57,753 nucleotides of DNA from Candidatus Tayloriibacteriota bacterium (GTDB lineage Bacteria; Patescibacteriota; Minisyncoccia; Phycocordibacterales; PALSA-1337), in the NCBI GenBank assembly GCA_903893855.1, contig CAITNV010000008.1, positions 1 through 57,753 of the forward strand. Direction: 5' to 3'. Position 1 is the first letter of the stretch. Each line of letters starts with the position of its first letter. The notes under the pieces are model-generated. The model was not told the origin of the DNA, did not search any database, and saw only the letters and a list, made by a program, of their open reading frames with translations. Made by a program: the position numbers and the translations under genes. Shown here piece after piece: positions 48,166 through 57,753 of the stretch.

Positions 48166-49332
48166 CTAATTAAAATTAATAACAACAATCTCCGACTTTG
48201 TCCCAATTCGTACCGGAGGACCCCAAGTTCCGACTCCACTCGATGTATATACATGCAAAGGCTCGGCATTATTTCGCTTATACGTCGCGAGTCCATATCC
48301 AAAGCCACGGAATATCATATTCGTAAGGATGTTCACAGGGAAAACCTGCCCATGATGGGTATGTCCTGACAATTGCACCGACACTCCAGCATCCGCTGCA
48401 ACATGAATATCTCGTGGTTCATGCTTTAGCAATATGCTTGGTCTATTGCGGTCAAAAATAATATTTTTCATAACCGTACGGAATTTCTCAGTCGTATCAG
48501 TGTGTCCATGATCCACACCGATGATTTGCATTCCTTCAACCTCAACTATTTCGTCTTCAAGTACGGTGATACCGAGAGCCTTCACCGCTTCGATATACTT
48601 CGGTGGATCATTTGGATTAAATTCTTCATGATTCCCCATGATAAAAAATGTTGGGCAAATCTTTGGTAAAGCTCGAAACGGTTCGACAATAGCGTGCATA
48701 TCTACCTTCACACCATCATAAAGATCACCACCAATAAAAACCACGTCGGGTTTACATGCAGCTATAGCGGCAGTAACTTTGGCAGCGAAATGCTTTCCGC
48801 GGATATGCCCTAAATGAACATCACTAACCCAGACCGCTTTCATCCATCGCCATGCTTGGGGCAAGCCATCTATTTTAATTGTGACATTCGTAGTTCGAAT
48901 CACACTGGCATTATATAAACCATACGCCACACTCACACAAGCCAGACAGACAAGAACAAGGCCGACCTTCGCAAGACTATCTTGATGAAAATTGCCTAAT
49001 TCTGCCACGTCCAGAGCAACTACAACTCCATACAGAGCTACCGCACCAAAAACATACATCATAAGACCGGTCCATATTGCAGTAATACGATAATATAAAT
49101 GCACGAGCCAATTATTTACTTTCATCGAGAGTGCAATAGCGATTGCAAAGCTCAACCATAAAAACACAAAAATTCCTTTAACAATAGCTGTTGAAAAAAA
49201 TACCAAAAAAGCAGAACTTGGAAATAGTAGACTCGCAATCGTAATAATCGCTTCATATACTACATAGTGTGCGATTCCCAAAATACCGAGGATTATAAGA
49301 ATCCCAAGACTCACAAGTGAAAATATACGCAT
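48166..49332 (-). CDS. Membrane-bound metallophosphoesterase (calcineurin-like)
   Basis: About 5 N-terminal TM helices followed by VSDVHLG, GGDLYDG, GNHE and SGHTHHGQ. Confidence 0.8.
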   Translation of the reverse strand: MRIFSLVSLGILIILGILGIAHYVVYEAIITIASLLFPSSAFLVFFSTAIVKGIFVFLWLSFAIAIALSMKVNNWLVHLYYRITAIWTGLMMYVFGAVALYGVVVALDVAELGNFHQDSLAKVGLVLVCLACVSVAYGLYNASVIRTTNVTIKIDGLPQAWRWMKAVWVSDVHLGHIRGKHFAAKVTAAIAACKPDVVFIGGDLYDGVKVDMHAIVEPFRALPKICPTFFIMGNHEEFNPNDPPKYIEAVKALGITVLEDEIVEVEGMQIIGVDHGHTDTTEKFRTVMKNIIFDRNRPSILLKHEPRDIHVAADAGVSVQLSGHTHHGQVFPVNILTNMIFRGFGYGLATYKRNNAEPLHVYTSSGVGTWGPPVRIGTKSEIVVINFN

Positions 49333-49342
49333 AAATAAATAA

Positions 49343-50746
49343 TTAATAACCTTGTAACTGATCGATCTCCGATGTCTGAATATAATTGGCTTTTGCTAAT
49401 ACCTGCGTAGCATATGTCGTATTGCCATATACGAGACCGCACGCTTGTCCTGAGAAATATTTACACGCTGCAGTTCGCTCGCTCGTGTAGCTGCCCACTC
49501 GAGCTCCAAGATCTGCAAGATAGAGTGCAGAAGCAGTGAAAGCATCTTGTGGGTTCCATGGATTAACCGTCGAAAGACTCTGTCCTAGAGCATCAGCAAT
49601 TCGCTGCTGAAGCAATACCCATGTCGAAGGAATAAACTGCGCCGGCCCCATAGCACCTCCCCAACCAACAGCTTGCGGACACGACACGAGAGTTTTATAT
49701 GGATCGAAACCAAGTGAAGCGGTCAGTGTCTGGAATATTGGAGTGTCGCGCCGTGGGTTCATAACTTTATAAACCGTTGCTCCGGTCTTTGCAGATATTC
49801 CGGCACCAGTCTGCATATCGGTTACGTAACAATTGCCGACGTTAGCACCAAGTGAAGACTCTTGTGTAAGAATAGCAAGGAGGAAAGCGGTTCGAACACC
49901 TGTCGCACGGCTTGCGGCCTGAGCGTACTGAAGCGCTTGTCCGAAAGGAATTGCTTGCGAACCTCCAGCAAGGCTAAACAAAGCACTGCGAATAGCTGCA
50001 GCTTGTGATGATTTTTGTGCGAGGATCTGACCATATGTGGCTTCATTGCCTTTACTAACATTAAGCAAAGTCTGTTTCGTAGCTTCATCACGCTTAATAT
50101 TTGCTTGATCTTGTACAATAGCTTGTCGAGCATCGATCTGCTGGTTTTGTTGCACAGTTAATTGGTCCTTCTCGGTTTGTGTCTGGCTTTTATTAGCATC
50201 AATCTGATCGAGTGTGGCCTGAAGCGAATTTTCAACGGCACCAAAGGTATCGAGATCTGAGAAAACTTCGGTGATATTTTTATACGAAAGAAGAACTTCG
50301 GGCAACGTCACCGAATCAAGTTCATTGGTCTTACGTAATATCTCAGCAAGACTATCTTGTCCTTGTTGGATCTGACCAGAGAGATTGGTGATAGTCTGTG
50401 CTTTATCTGAAATGTTTTTACCGAGTGTTGCAATAAGAAGATTCTTTGCCTGAATATTAAGCTGCGCCACTTTAATTTTGGCATTAAGAACTGCAATAGC
50501 TTGCTTAAGTGAAGTAGATTGATTCTGCGCTTGTGTAAGTGTGGCTTGGGCTGCTGCTTGCTCAATCTGGCATTGATTGAGATCTGCGGTTAGGCGAACA
50601 TTCTTCTGTGTAGGCGTTTCATTAGGCAGGCTCGATGTATCGTCAGTACAAACAGCCCCCGTCGAAGCCACTTGAGCGTGTGCCACCGTTACGGACCCTG
50701 CCATCATAAAAAATACAATACAAAAAGCGAAAGCCTTCAATTTCAT
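49343..50746 (-). CDS. Secreted coiled-coil protein with a C-terminal lytic transglycosylase (SLT_2/MltB-like) domain
   Basis: Signal peptide MKLKAFAFCIVFFMMAGSVTVAHA, a Gln-rich coiled coil, then ILTQESS..GAMGPAQFIPSTW. Start set at the ATG at 50746. Confidence 0.7.
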   Translation of the reverse strand: MKLKAFAFCIVFFMMAGSVTVAHAQVASTGAVCTDDTSSLPNETPTQKNVRLTADLNQCQIEQAAAQATLTQAQNQSTSLKQAIAVLNAKIKVAQLNIQAKNLLIATLGKNISDKAQTITNLSGQIQQGQDSLAEILRKTNELDSVTLPEVLLSYKNITEVFSDLDTFGAVENSLQATLDQIDANKSQTQTEKDQLTVQQNQQIDARQAIVQDQANIKRDEATKQTLLNVSKGNEATYGQILAQKSSQAAAIRSALFSLAGGSQAIPFGQALQYAQAASRATGVRTAFLLAILTQESSLGANVGNCYVTDMQTGAGISAKTGATVYKVMNPRRDTPIFQTLTASLGFDPYKTLVSCPQAVGWGGAMGPAQFIPSTWVLLQQRIADALGQSLSTVNPWNPQDAFTASALYLADLGARVGSYTSERTAACKYFSGQACGLVYGNTTYATQVLAKANYIQTSEIDQLQGY

Positions 50747-50810
50747 AACCCAAGTATAACACAAAAGCCGGTCTCCCGGCTTTGTGAATTTAAAATATTT
50801 TAAAACTAGA

Positions 50811-51503
50811 TTATTTCTTTGCGTCTGCCTTCTTATCGTCTTTAGCGTCAGCTTCGCCCTCTTCACCTTCTTTAGCTTCTTTACCTTTCTTCGCAACTTC
50901 AATAGCTGTCATATCAACTGCTGTTGGAGCTTCTTCTAGTTCTTCTTTAGCTTCTGCAATCGAAGCGACGATCTCTTCCGGGTTATTTACAAGAGTAACA
51001 CCTACTGGAAGCTTAATATCAGATGCACGAATAACGCTTGTGAGTTCACTAAGAGCGGCGATGTCTATTCGGAGCTCGTGAGGAAGATCCTTTGGAGCAG
51101 CCTCGATCTCAACTTCTCGAAGAACCTTAACGAGAATACCACCAAGATCCTTTACTGCAGCAGATACACCTTCGAAAGCGAGCTGAACATGCACTTTGAT
51201 CTTTTTACCCTTCTCTACAACATAGAAATCTACATGACGTGGAGTGCCTGTAACTGGATGAACATCAACTTCGTGAATAAGTGCTTCGTGCTCGTCATCA
51301 GAAGCCTTAGTTCCTGCACCTTTCAAGATAATAACTGATGATTCACCGGCTTTTTTCCAAGTCTTTACGAAATCGATATATGAAATAACGATTGGAGTAG
51401 ACTTCTCCTTTGGACCATAAAAGACAGCAGGAAGCTGGCCGTTTTCGCGGATTTTCTCTGGGCTTACCGCCATTGCCCGCTTCTCGAAGTTTAATGTAAT
51501 CAT
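50811..51503 (-). CDS. rplY: 50S ribosomal protein L25/Ctc with an acidic/Lys-rich tail
   Basis: RENGQLPAVFYGPKEKSTPI ... HEVDVHPVTGTPRHVDF. Start set at the ATG at 51503. Confidence 0.85.
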   Translation of the reverse strand: MITLNFEKRAMAVSPEKIRENGQLPAVFYGPKEKSTPIVISYIDFVKTWKKAGESSVIILKGAGTKASDDEHEALIHEVDVHPVTGTPRHVDFYVVEKGKKIKVHVQLAFEGVSAAVKDLGGILVKVLREVEIEAAPKDLPHELRIDIAALSELTSVIRASDIKLPVGVTLVNNPEEIVASIAEAKEELEEAPTAVDMTAIEVAKKGKEAKEGEEGEADAKDDKKADAKK

Positions 51504-51574
51504 AGACCGACAGTATATATGAATTAGTAAAAAAATCAAGCAAAAGGGTTGATTTCACCCCTTTGCACCCAAAT

Positions 51575-51829
51575 TTACTTCAAAATATATTTATAAACAA
51601 CAAAACCGGTCAAAATAAGGTTAAGGAAAACTATTCCAAAAAGAATAGCCTTCCCTTGTGTCTCATTGCTAATAATATGATGCCGAATAAGCCAACCCGT
51701 CATACCTGTAGCTTGGCTTTGTCCATAACCACCATAACCAGTTGCTGCGCTAGTACTTCCACGATACGCGGCATTTATTGGTGAATAATTCTGTTGATCA
51801 GTATCAAATTGTACTTCTCCGTCTGACAT
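51575..51829 (-). CDS. Small hypothetical membrane protein (84 aa)
   Basis: Gly/Tyr/Ser-rich N-terminus and a single C-terminal TM (AILFGIVFLNLILTGFVVY). Support is ORF-only. Confidence 0.4.
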   Translation of the reverse strand: MSDGEVQFDTDQQNYSPINAAYRGSTSAATGYGGYGQSQATGMTGWLIRHHIISNETQGKAILFGIVFLNLILTGFVVYKYILK

Positions 51830-51843
51830 ATATGCTTATTATA

Positions 51844-52743
51844 CTAGATTTTATTAAAGATAGAGAGCTTCTTTTCCACAACAGCTTGCATCGCCAACAA
51901 TGCTGGTTTCAAATAACGATATGGCGCAACTTCATCAGGACTCTCTTGAAGTGACATACGAAGGCCATTACGATATGCAACACGAAGCTCGGTATTAACG
52001 TGAACTATTGCCACTCCAGAATCAATCGCTTGTATAAGATCACTTTCAGAATCTCCTGAACCTCCGTGCAAAACAAGTGGAATACCGAGAGCTTTTGATA
52101 TCTCTCCAATTCGGGGAATGTTAAGTGCGGGCTTTGGCATATTCTTAAGTAGCCCGTGCATGTTGCCGATTGCAGGGGCGAGCATATCTGCGCCGGTAGC
52201 GTCGACGAATGCTTTGGCCATATCAACCTTAGTAAGTGCTTCTTCACCGAAGCTTACTCCTGCAGGAATAGCATCGAGGACTTTCGATGATTTACCAATG
52301 AAACCAAGTTCAGCCTCAAGAATAATGTCTCGGCCGGTCTTCTTTGACACCTCGCGAGCATAATCAACACACTTCTTCGTTGTGGCGACATTATCATCGT
52401 ATGACAATTCAGTTCCATCAAATATGGCTGAATCATAACCAGCATCAATCACTTCTTTCACTCGATCATATGAATATGTATGATCAGCGTTAAGGTAAAT
52501 TGGTGGGTATCCGCCCGCAGCGTTCACACTGTCGACAAGAGCGCGAGCCTGTGCGACACCTACGAAGTCTCGCTCACCTTCTGATACACCAATAATGACG
52601 GGAATTTCTCGGCCAGACTTTGCAGTGAGAGACTGCGCAGCACGAACCACAGCCCAGAAGCCTTCGAGATTGGAAATATTAAAATGACCCACGGCTACTT
52701 TCGCTTTCCGTGCTTCATCTACCGCTTGTCGTAATGTTTTCAT
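51844..52743 (-). CDS. fba: Class II fructose/ketose-bisphosphate aldolase
   Basis: AVGHFNISNLE, NADHT, LVLHGGSG and HVNTELR. Confidence 0.88.
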   Translation of the reverse strand: MKTLRQAVDEARKAKVAVGHFNISNLEGFWAVVRAAQSLTAKSGREIPVIIGVSEGERDFVGVAQARALVDSVNAAGGYPPIYLNADHTYSYDRVKEVIDAGYDSAIFDGTELSYDDNVATTKKCVDYAREVSKKTGRDIILEAELGFIGKSSKVLDAIPAGVSFGEEALTKVDMAKAFVDATGADMLAPAIGNMHGLLKNMPKPALNIPRIGEISKALGIPLVLHGGSGDSESDLIQAIDSGVAIVHVNTELRVAYRNGLRMSLQESPDEVAPYRYLKPALLAMQAVVEKKLSIFNKI

Positions 52744-52782
52744 ACAGCAAGTATATCACATATTAATTGTAGATTTCTGGCT

Positions 52783-53871
52783 ATGGTACAATATGTGCAT
52801 ATGTTTAAAAAACAACTTGATTTTCTTGCAATTGGAGATATTACCATCGATGCTTTTATTCACATACCCGGTGCGGCGGCTGGAATGCATGAGGAAAGTG
52901 GCGCTCATGTCACTTGTAAAGATGCTGAGAAGGAGCATTGTGTGCTTTCTCTACCCTTCCCAGATAAAATTCCTTTTGATTCTGTAGAGGAGATCGCCGG
53001 TGTAGGTAATTCTGCTAATGCCGCTGTATCAGCAGCACGCCTTGGTCTTCGCTCGGCGCTTGTAACAAATATTGGTTCAGATGAACGTGGTAGACAATGT
53101 GTTGTCGAATTAAAAAAGAATAAAGTTGAAACAGATTTTGTAACTATACAAAAAAACGAATCGACCAACTATCACTATGCGCTTTGGTTCAATACTGATC
53201 GCACTATCCTCATCAAGCATCATGAATACAATTATCATTTCCCGAAGAACGCTACGAAGCCTGATCCGAATGCTCCGCGCTGGATTTATCTAAGTTCTCT
53301 TAGTAGCAACTCGTATGACTATCATGTTGAGATAGCGACGTATCTTAAAGCAAACCCTAGCGTGAAGCTTGCTTTCCAACCGGGGACTTTCCAGATGAAG
53401 CTCGGTATTGAGAAGATGTCAAAATTCTATAAGCGTAGCGATGTCTTCATTGTGAATGTTGAAGAATCACAACTCATATTAAATAACGAGACAGAAAACA
53501 TCGAAGAGCTCCTTCATGCAGTGTACAAGCTTGGCCCAAAGATCGTTCTCATAACTGATGGACCGAATGGTGCATACATGTTCGACGGCACGACCACGTA
53601 CTTTATGCCAATTTATCCTGATGTAAAGCCTCCGTATGAACGAACAGGTTGCGGCGATGCTTTCGCCTCTACATACGTCTCTGCACTTATTCTCGGAAAG
53701 AGTCCACTTGAAGCACTTGCATGGGCTCCGATCAATTCAATGTCAGTAGTGGAATATGTTGGTGCACAACGAGGTCTTCTCTCAAGAACAGCTCTCGAAG
53801 ATCTTCTTGCTCAAGCTCCAATGAGCTATAAACCGACCGTCTATAATAACCATCTCGAACAGCAAAAATAG
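52783..53871 (+). CDS. PfkB-family carbohydrate kinase (ribokinase fold)
   Basis: LAIGDITIDAF and GGVGNSANAAV-like blocks, plus the C-terminal anion-hole motif TGCGDAFASTYV. The start could instead be the ATG at 52801. Confidence 0.8.
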   Translation: MVQYVHMFKKQLDFLAIGDITIDAFIHIPGAAAGMHEESGAHVTCKDAEKEHCVLSLPFPDKIPFDSVEEIAGVGNSANAAVSAARLGLRSALVTNIGSDERGRQCVVELKKNKVETDFVTIQKNESTNYHYALWFNTDRTILIKHHEYNYHFPKNATKPDPNAPRWIYLSSLSSNSYDYHVEIATYLKANPSVKLAFQPGTFQMKLGIEKMSKFYKRSDVFIVNVEESQLILNNETENIEELLHAVYKLGPKIVLITDGPNGAYMFDGTTTYFMPIYPDVKPPYERTGCGDAFASTYVSALILGKSPLEALAWAPINSMSVVEYVGAQRGLLSRTALEDLLAQAPMSYKPTVYNNHLEQQK

Positions 53872-53912
53872 CCAATACGGACGACTTTATTTGGTAAATT
53901 TAAAAAGAGTAA

Positions 53913-55196
53913 TTAGTTCCCACCAACATATCTCGCGAGGAATTCTTTTTTAAAATTATCGAAAGTGTCATCGATGAGTGATTGACGAATATTTCGCACG
54001 AGATGCACGATAAAGTGTAGATTGTGCACTGAAGCTAATGTAGCGGCGAGCATTTCTTTCGATCGGAATAAATGTGAAAGGTAGGCCGGCGTATAATGCG
54101 TGCACGTATAGCAAGCGCACTTGTTACCATCTGAACCGTAAGCAATATAACCGAAGTCTTCTTTGAACTTCGCATTATTCATATTAATTCGTCCATACGC
54201 TCCGTAAAGATTCCCTGTTCGAGCCAAGCGTGTTGGGGCCACACAGTCAAATAAATCCGCACCATTCTCAATCGCTCCAAAAAGATCCGCAGGCTCACCG
54301 ATACCGAGTAGATGTCGCGGTTTATCTTGTGGCAAAATATCATTTACCCAACCAACCACACTGTACATATCTTCTTTATCAAATGAACCACCAATACCGA
54401 AACCATCGAAACCTTGCCCATCTGACGCTTTCATTGAGCCGATTACCGTTGCGCTTTCTTTACGCAGATCCATATGACGACCTCCCTGCACAATACCAAA
54501 AAGCGCGTGATCACTATGTGCGCGATGGTATTCAAGTGAACGCTTCGCCCAACGATGCGTCCGATCCATTGCTTCACGTTGATATTCATACGGAGCGTGC
54601 GGAGACGTACATTCATCAAAAGCAAATATCATATCCGCTCCAATAGCGTGCTGTATTTCCATCGATCGTTCTGGAGTGAAGCGATGAGCACTACCGTCGA
54701 TCACTGATTTAAATGACACACCGTCTTCATCAATCTTCGCAAGTGCTTCGTGCGGAGATGTTGTTTCGTCATTCTCATTTGTGTGCGCTACTTCACTTAC
54801 TACCACATTGACACCCTCGCGAGCGGTATCGTGCCGATCTGCAATCTTACTGGCTTTATTGCCAAACGCTACGCCAAGTGAGAACACTTGAAATCCTCCT
54901 GAATCAGTCATGGTGGGGCCTGCCCAATTCATAAACTTCCCCAACCCTCCAGCTTGTTTGAGAATCTTCTCCCCCGGTTCGAGATAGAGATGATAGGTAT
55001 TCGCGAGCACCACCTGCGCATCAATAAGACCACCAGCAAGTGCGCTACTGCCAACCTGTTCCGGCGTGAGAGCCTTTACCGTGGCTTTAGTTCCGACCGT
55101 CACAAAAGCTGGCGTCTCGATGATGCCGTGTGGAGTAGTAAGAGTACCCACTCGTGCACGTCCTTTAGCCTTATTTATTTTGAATGAAATTGCCAT
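53913..55196 (-). CDS. tgt: Queuine/tRNA-guanine transglycosylase
   Basis: TPHGIIETPAFVTVGT, TDSGGFQVFS, FGIVQGG, LLGIGEP and zinc site CACYTCTHY. Confidence 0.93.
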   Translation of the reverse strand: MAISFKINKAKGRARVGTLTTPHGIIETPAFVTVGTKATVKALTPEQVGSSALAGGLIDAQVVLANTYHLYLEPGEKILKQAGGLGKFMNWAGPTMTDSGGFQVFSLGVAFGNKASKIADRHDTAREGVNVVVSEVAHTNENDETTSPHEALAKIDEDGVSFKSVIDGSAHRFTPERSMEIQHAIGADMIFAFDECTSPHAPYEYQREAMDRTHRWAKRSLEYHRAHSDHALFGIVQGGRHMDLRKESATVIGSMKASDGQGFDGFGIGGSFDKEDMYSVVGWVNDILPQDKPRHLLGIGEPADLFGAIENGADLFDCVAPTRLARTGNLYGAYGRINMNNAKFKEDFGYIAYGSDGNKCACYTCTHYTPAYLSHLFRSKEMLAATLASVHNLHFIVHLVRNIRQSLIDDTFDNFKKEFLARYVGGN

Positions 55197-55231
55197 ACAT
55201 GCTATAATAGCCGAAAACTACAAAAAAACAT

Positions 55232-55912
55232 ATGCAACCCCTTCACCTAACACGAGACGAGCTCGTAAAAAATATTGATGAACAAGTAAATACTGCGACG
55301 AGAGAGTTTCGAGCTGGTTTTGAATTTATCCAAAAATACCCGAAGCGCGTGACCTTCTTCGGTTCTGCTCGTGCTCTTCCTGAAAGTGTTCATTATCAAC
55401 AAGCTGAAGACCTTGCCAATCGCGTCGCAAAAGAGCTCGGTTATGTCGTAGTAACTGGTGCGGGTCCTGGTATTATGCAAGCAGCGAATAAAGGCGCTCG
55501 AGAAGCGCGTGTAAAGACTATTGGTATTGCTATTGGTCTTCCTCGTGAACAACGTATTAATGAATTCGTCGATGATGTAGTGTGTTTCGAACATTTCTAT
55601 GCTCGTAAGACCATGCTTACCTTTGCTCCAAAGGCTTATGTCTTTTTCCCCGGTGGTTATGGTACTTTCGATGAACTCTTCAGCATCCTCACTCTCGTTC
55701 AGAACCGTAAAATTCCTTCAGTGCCAATTATTTTAGTTGGCGCAGACTTCTGGAAACCACTTGAAAGCTACATGACTACAAACATGTATGAATCACACGC
55801 CACCATTAGTAAGAACGATCTCGATCTATTTACCATTACTGATAGCATTGAAGAAGCCTTTACTATAATTAAAGACGCCCCTGCCGCCGATTGGTGGACT
55901 GATGCTGATTGA
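55232..55912 (+). CDS. LOG-family (TIGR00730) Rossmann-fold nucleotide-binding protein
   Basis: VTGAGPGIMQAANKGA and FPGGYGTFDELFS. TGA stop at 55910-55912. Confidence 0.8.
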   Translation: MQPLHLTRDELVKNIDEQVNTATREFRAGFEFIQKYPKRVTFFGSARALPESVHYQQAEDLANRVAKELGYVVVTGAGPGIMQAANKGAREARVKTIGIAIGLPREQRINEFVDDVVCFEHFYARKTMLTFAPKAYVFFPGGYGTFDELFSILTLVQNRKIPSVPIILVGADFWKPLESYMTTNMYESHATISKNDLDLFTITDSIEEAFTIIKDAPAADWWTDAD

Positions 55913-55928
55913 TTCTGTAAAAATTACT

Positions 55929-56951
55929 CTAGCTATTTGACGTCTCCTTCGCTCGACACTCTCTGCAATATGATTTATTTGTTTTGTCTGTTCGAGGGCA
56001 ATTTTCGCATACGATGAACTTGAGGTAACAATCGTCATTGCCACAATTGGTATATTGCTCACTTGGAGCATTACAAAATTCACATACGCCGATTACAGAT
56101 CGCTTATCCTTCGAAGCGAAAGCCATGGTAGTGCGTTCATCGAATACATAGAGTGAGCCAAGGAAATTATTTGCGGGCACCGTTAAAGTTGTGGCGGCAG
56201 TTGCAGTTGTGGCTGAAGTCGCTGCATCTGCATCAGCTGATACTCCCACATTCTCAAATTTCTCCATATAGGTCACGATACCACCGTTCAATTGATACAC
56301 ATCTTTAAAACCATTCTTCACAAGATAGCCCGAAGCTTTCTCGCAGCGAATTCCTCCAGTACAGACAGTCACCACGGTCTTATCTTTTAAATGCTCAAGC
56401 GTAGGTAATACTTTTGGTAAATCACGAAAATTACGAAGTGGCGGGAGTACCGACCCTTTAAAATGTCCCGACTGATGCTCATAGTCATTACGCATATCAA
56501 CAATGACAAAATCATCTGGATTCTTTTTTGTAAACCATGCGTGCAATTCCTCTGGGCTCAAATATTTTCCAGTCGTCTCACGTGGATTGAAATCTTCTTC
56601 TGGAGGAAGACCAAGTGTTACGACTTCTTTTCTTACTTTCACTACGAGACGTCGAAATGCACTGCCATCAGCCGTCCCTGCACTTCTTTTAATGTGAGTA
56701 TCTTTAAAGCGTGAGTCTGCAAGAAGCGCGGTGCAATACGCATCAATATTAGCATTGAGTCCTTCGAGCGTTGCATTCATGCCTTCATGAGCAATGAGGA
56801 CTCGACCCTTAAGACCGAGCGATGTGCAAAGAGCTCGCTGTTCATTGACAAAAGCCTGCGGATCTTCGATGTGCGTATAGTTATAGAATAAAATAACTGT
56901 ATATGCAGGTGCGGATGTTTTCTTGTGTATTTGTCCAGTCGCTGTTTCCAT
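55929..56951 (-). CDS. trhO: Rhodanese-domain protein of the UPF0176/TrhO family (tRNA U34 hydroxylase-like)
   Basis: ILFYNYTHIEDP..LGLKGRVLIAHEGMNATLEG, rhodanese active site VCTGGIRCEKA, and a Cys-rich C-terminus. Start set at the ATG at 56951. Confidence 0.78.
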   Translation of the reverse strand: METATGQIHKKTSAPAYTVILFYNYTHIEDPQAFVNEQRALCTSLGLKGRVLIAHEGMNATLEGLNANIDAYCTALLADSRFKDTHIKRSAGTADGSAFRRLVVKVRKEVVTLGLPPEEDFNPRETTGKYLSPEELHAWFTKKNPDDFVIVDMRNDYEHQSGHFKGSVLPPLRNFRDLPKVLPTLEHLKDKTVVTVCTGGIRCEKASGYLVKNGFKDVYQLNGGIVTYMEKFENVGVSADADAATSATTATAATTLTVPANNFLGSLYVFDERTTMAFASKDKRSVIGVCEFCNAPSEQYTNCGNDDCYLKFIVCENCPRTDKTNKSYCRECRAKETSNS

Positions 56952-56995
56952 ATTGCACACTATAGCACGCACCTCACGAAATGCGCAAAACAAAA

Positions 56996-57019
56996 AACCA
57001 CACTTTCGTGTGGTTTTTT
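56996..57019 (-). terminator. Rho-independent terminator after the RRM gene (symmetric)
   Basis: aaccacac-tttc-gtgtggtt is flanked by an A-run on one side and a T-run on the other. Confidence 0.6.
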
Positions 57020-57053
57020 GTATAAAGGATAGTCCTTTATAAGACGGGTGGTA

Positions 57054-57368
57054 TTACCAGTTGCTTCGTCCTGCGCCTGCATCACCTCCGCGATTGAAAT
57101 CACGTCGTGGTGCTCGTGGCTCCATTGGGCGAGCTTCGTTAACTGTTAGCTTTCGTCCTTCGAGCTCTGCGCCGTTGAACATGCTAATAGCCTTATCAGC
57201 ATCTGCATCATTTGCGAACTGAACGAATCCGAAGCCTTTTGAGCGACCGGTCATCTTGTCCATGATAATGCTAGCTGATTCGACTGCACCGGCCTGAGCG
57301 AAATGATTCTTAAGTGTATCTTCGCTAGTTCCGTATGCAATACCTCCTACATATAGCTTCTTTGCCAT
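57054..57368 (-). CDS. RRM-type RNA-binding protein with an Arg/Gly-rich tail
   Basis: RNP-2 KLYVGG and RNP-1 KGFGFVQF. Confidence 0.85.
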   Translation of the reverse strand: MAKKLYVGGIAYGTSEDTLKNHFAQAGAVESASIIMDKMTGRSKGFGFVQFANDADADKAISMFNGAELEGRKLTVNEARPMEPRAPRRDFNRGGDAGAGRSNW

Positions 57369-57502
57369 TTTCTATTTTACTTCCCGTCTTTAACAAATAA
57401 ATGCGTAAGCGACTGAGAAAACTTACTACCCCACTATCCTAGCAGATATGAAGCGAAAAGTCAAGCCTTTCCAAGTGGCTATATAGAGCCGTATATTGCG
57501 CA

Positions 57503-57753
57503 TCATTTACCGAGATTGTAAATCGCTCTGACTTCTGCTGCTGATATTGCGCGGTTATATACACGGATATCATCTGCATAACCATTCATAGCTGCATCAC
57601 CGGGTATACCTGACACCGAAAAAGCTTGGCTATTTGGAAATACCGAAGCCGTTGCAGAGCTCGTAGCAATTAAGACCGAGTTAATATAAACCGACATTAC
57701 CGTTCCAGTTGAAACGCAGAACACATGATACCACCGATTCGCTAATACAACGA
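57503..57753 (-). CDS. C-terminal part of a LamG-domain (probably pilin-like) protein. The frame is open to the right window edge.
   Basis: The frame continues upstream of the track start (..NRWYHVFCVSTGTVMSVYINSVL..). The ending IRVYNRAISAAEVRAIYNLGK is typical of LamG_3 domains. Confidence 0.5.
   Translation of the reverse strand, partial: VVLANRWYHVFCVSTGTVMSVYINSVLIATSSATASVFPNSQAFSVSGIPGDAAMNGYADDIRVYNRAISAAEVRAIYNLGK

Noticed and set aside
50747-50902. Lys/Arg-rich 52-aa extension at the start of the lytic transglycosylase ORF
   Set aside because: It overlaps the rplY 3' end on the same strand. The internal ATG at 50746 yields a clean signal peptide.

Overview
This window looks like a gene-dense core-genome segment of a streamlined bacterium. 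It resembles Patescibacteria/CPR: domain-trimmed ThrRS, PheS, PheT and RpoB, LamG-type pseudopilins and tailed ribosomal proteins. Hand-counted samples give mid-40s percent GC. TAA, TAG and TGA all terminate well-supported genes, so the standard code applies. Most genes are on the minus strand and are recognisable housekeeping genes:
- rpoD, dnaG, rpoC, rpoB, msrB, msrA, trmD, rpsP, rnr, smc, rnc, a nusB fusion, rpmF, rnhB
- dnaE, thrS, gyrB, pheT, pheS, tRNA-Thr, tsf, rpsB, pyk, prfA, rpmE
- a ccdA/thioredoxin pair, rplY, fba, tgt and trhO

I saw no rRNA, CRISPR array, transposase, integrase or reverse transcriptase. Four orphan cassettes interrupt this backbone.
1. 18.06-21.39 kb, between rnr and smc. 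A tandem-HTH protein and an N-terminal GHKL (MORC/Hsp90/MutL-like) ATPase form one operon. A coiled-coil/winged-helix-like protein is transcribed divergently from a control region holding a perfect 11+11 bp palindrome. This is my best candidate for an undescribed system.
2. 33.02-34.25 kb: a 408-aa orphan with a winged-helix-like segment and a coiled coil.
3. 5.12-5.98 kb: a 220-aa orphan behind a consensus promoter and a structured leader.
4. 46.92-48.13 kb: an AT-rich orphan whose TAG stop is followed in frame by 82 more sense codons.

Other oddities are a short SMC with no visible hinge, a NusB-Nudix fusion, and a tRNA-Thr ending 1 nt before the pheS start codon. Every call rests on motif reading and hand inspection. 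No searches or computations were run.
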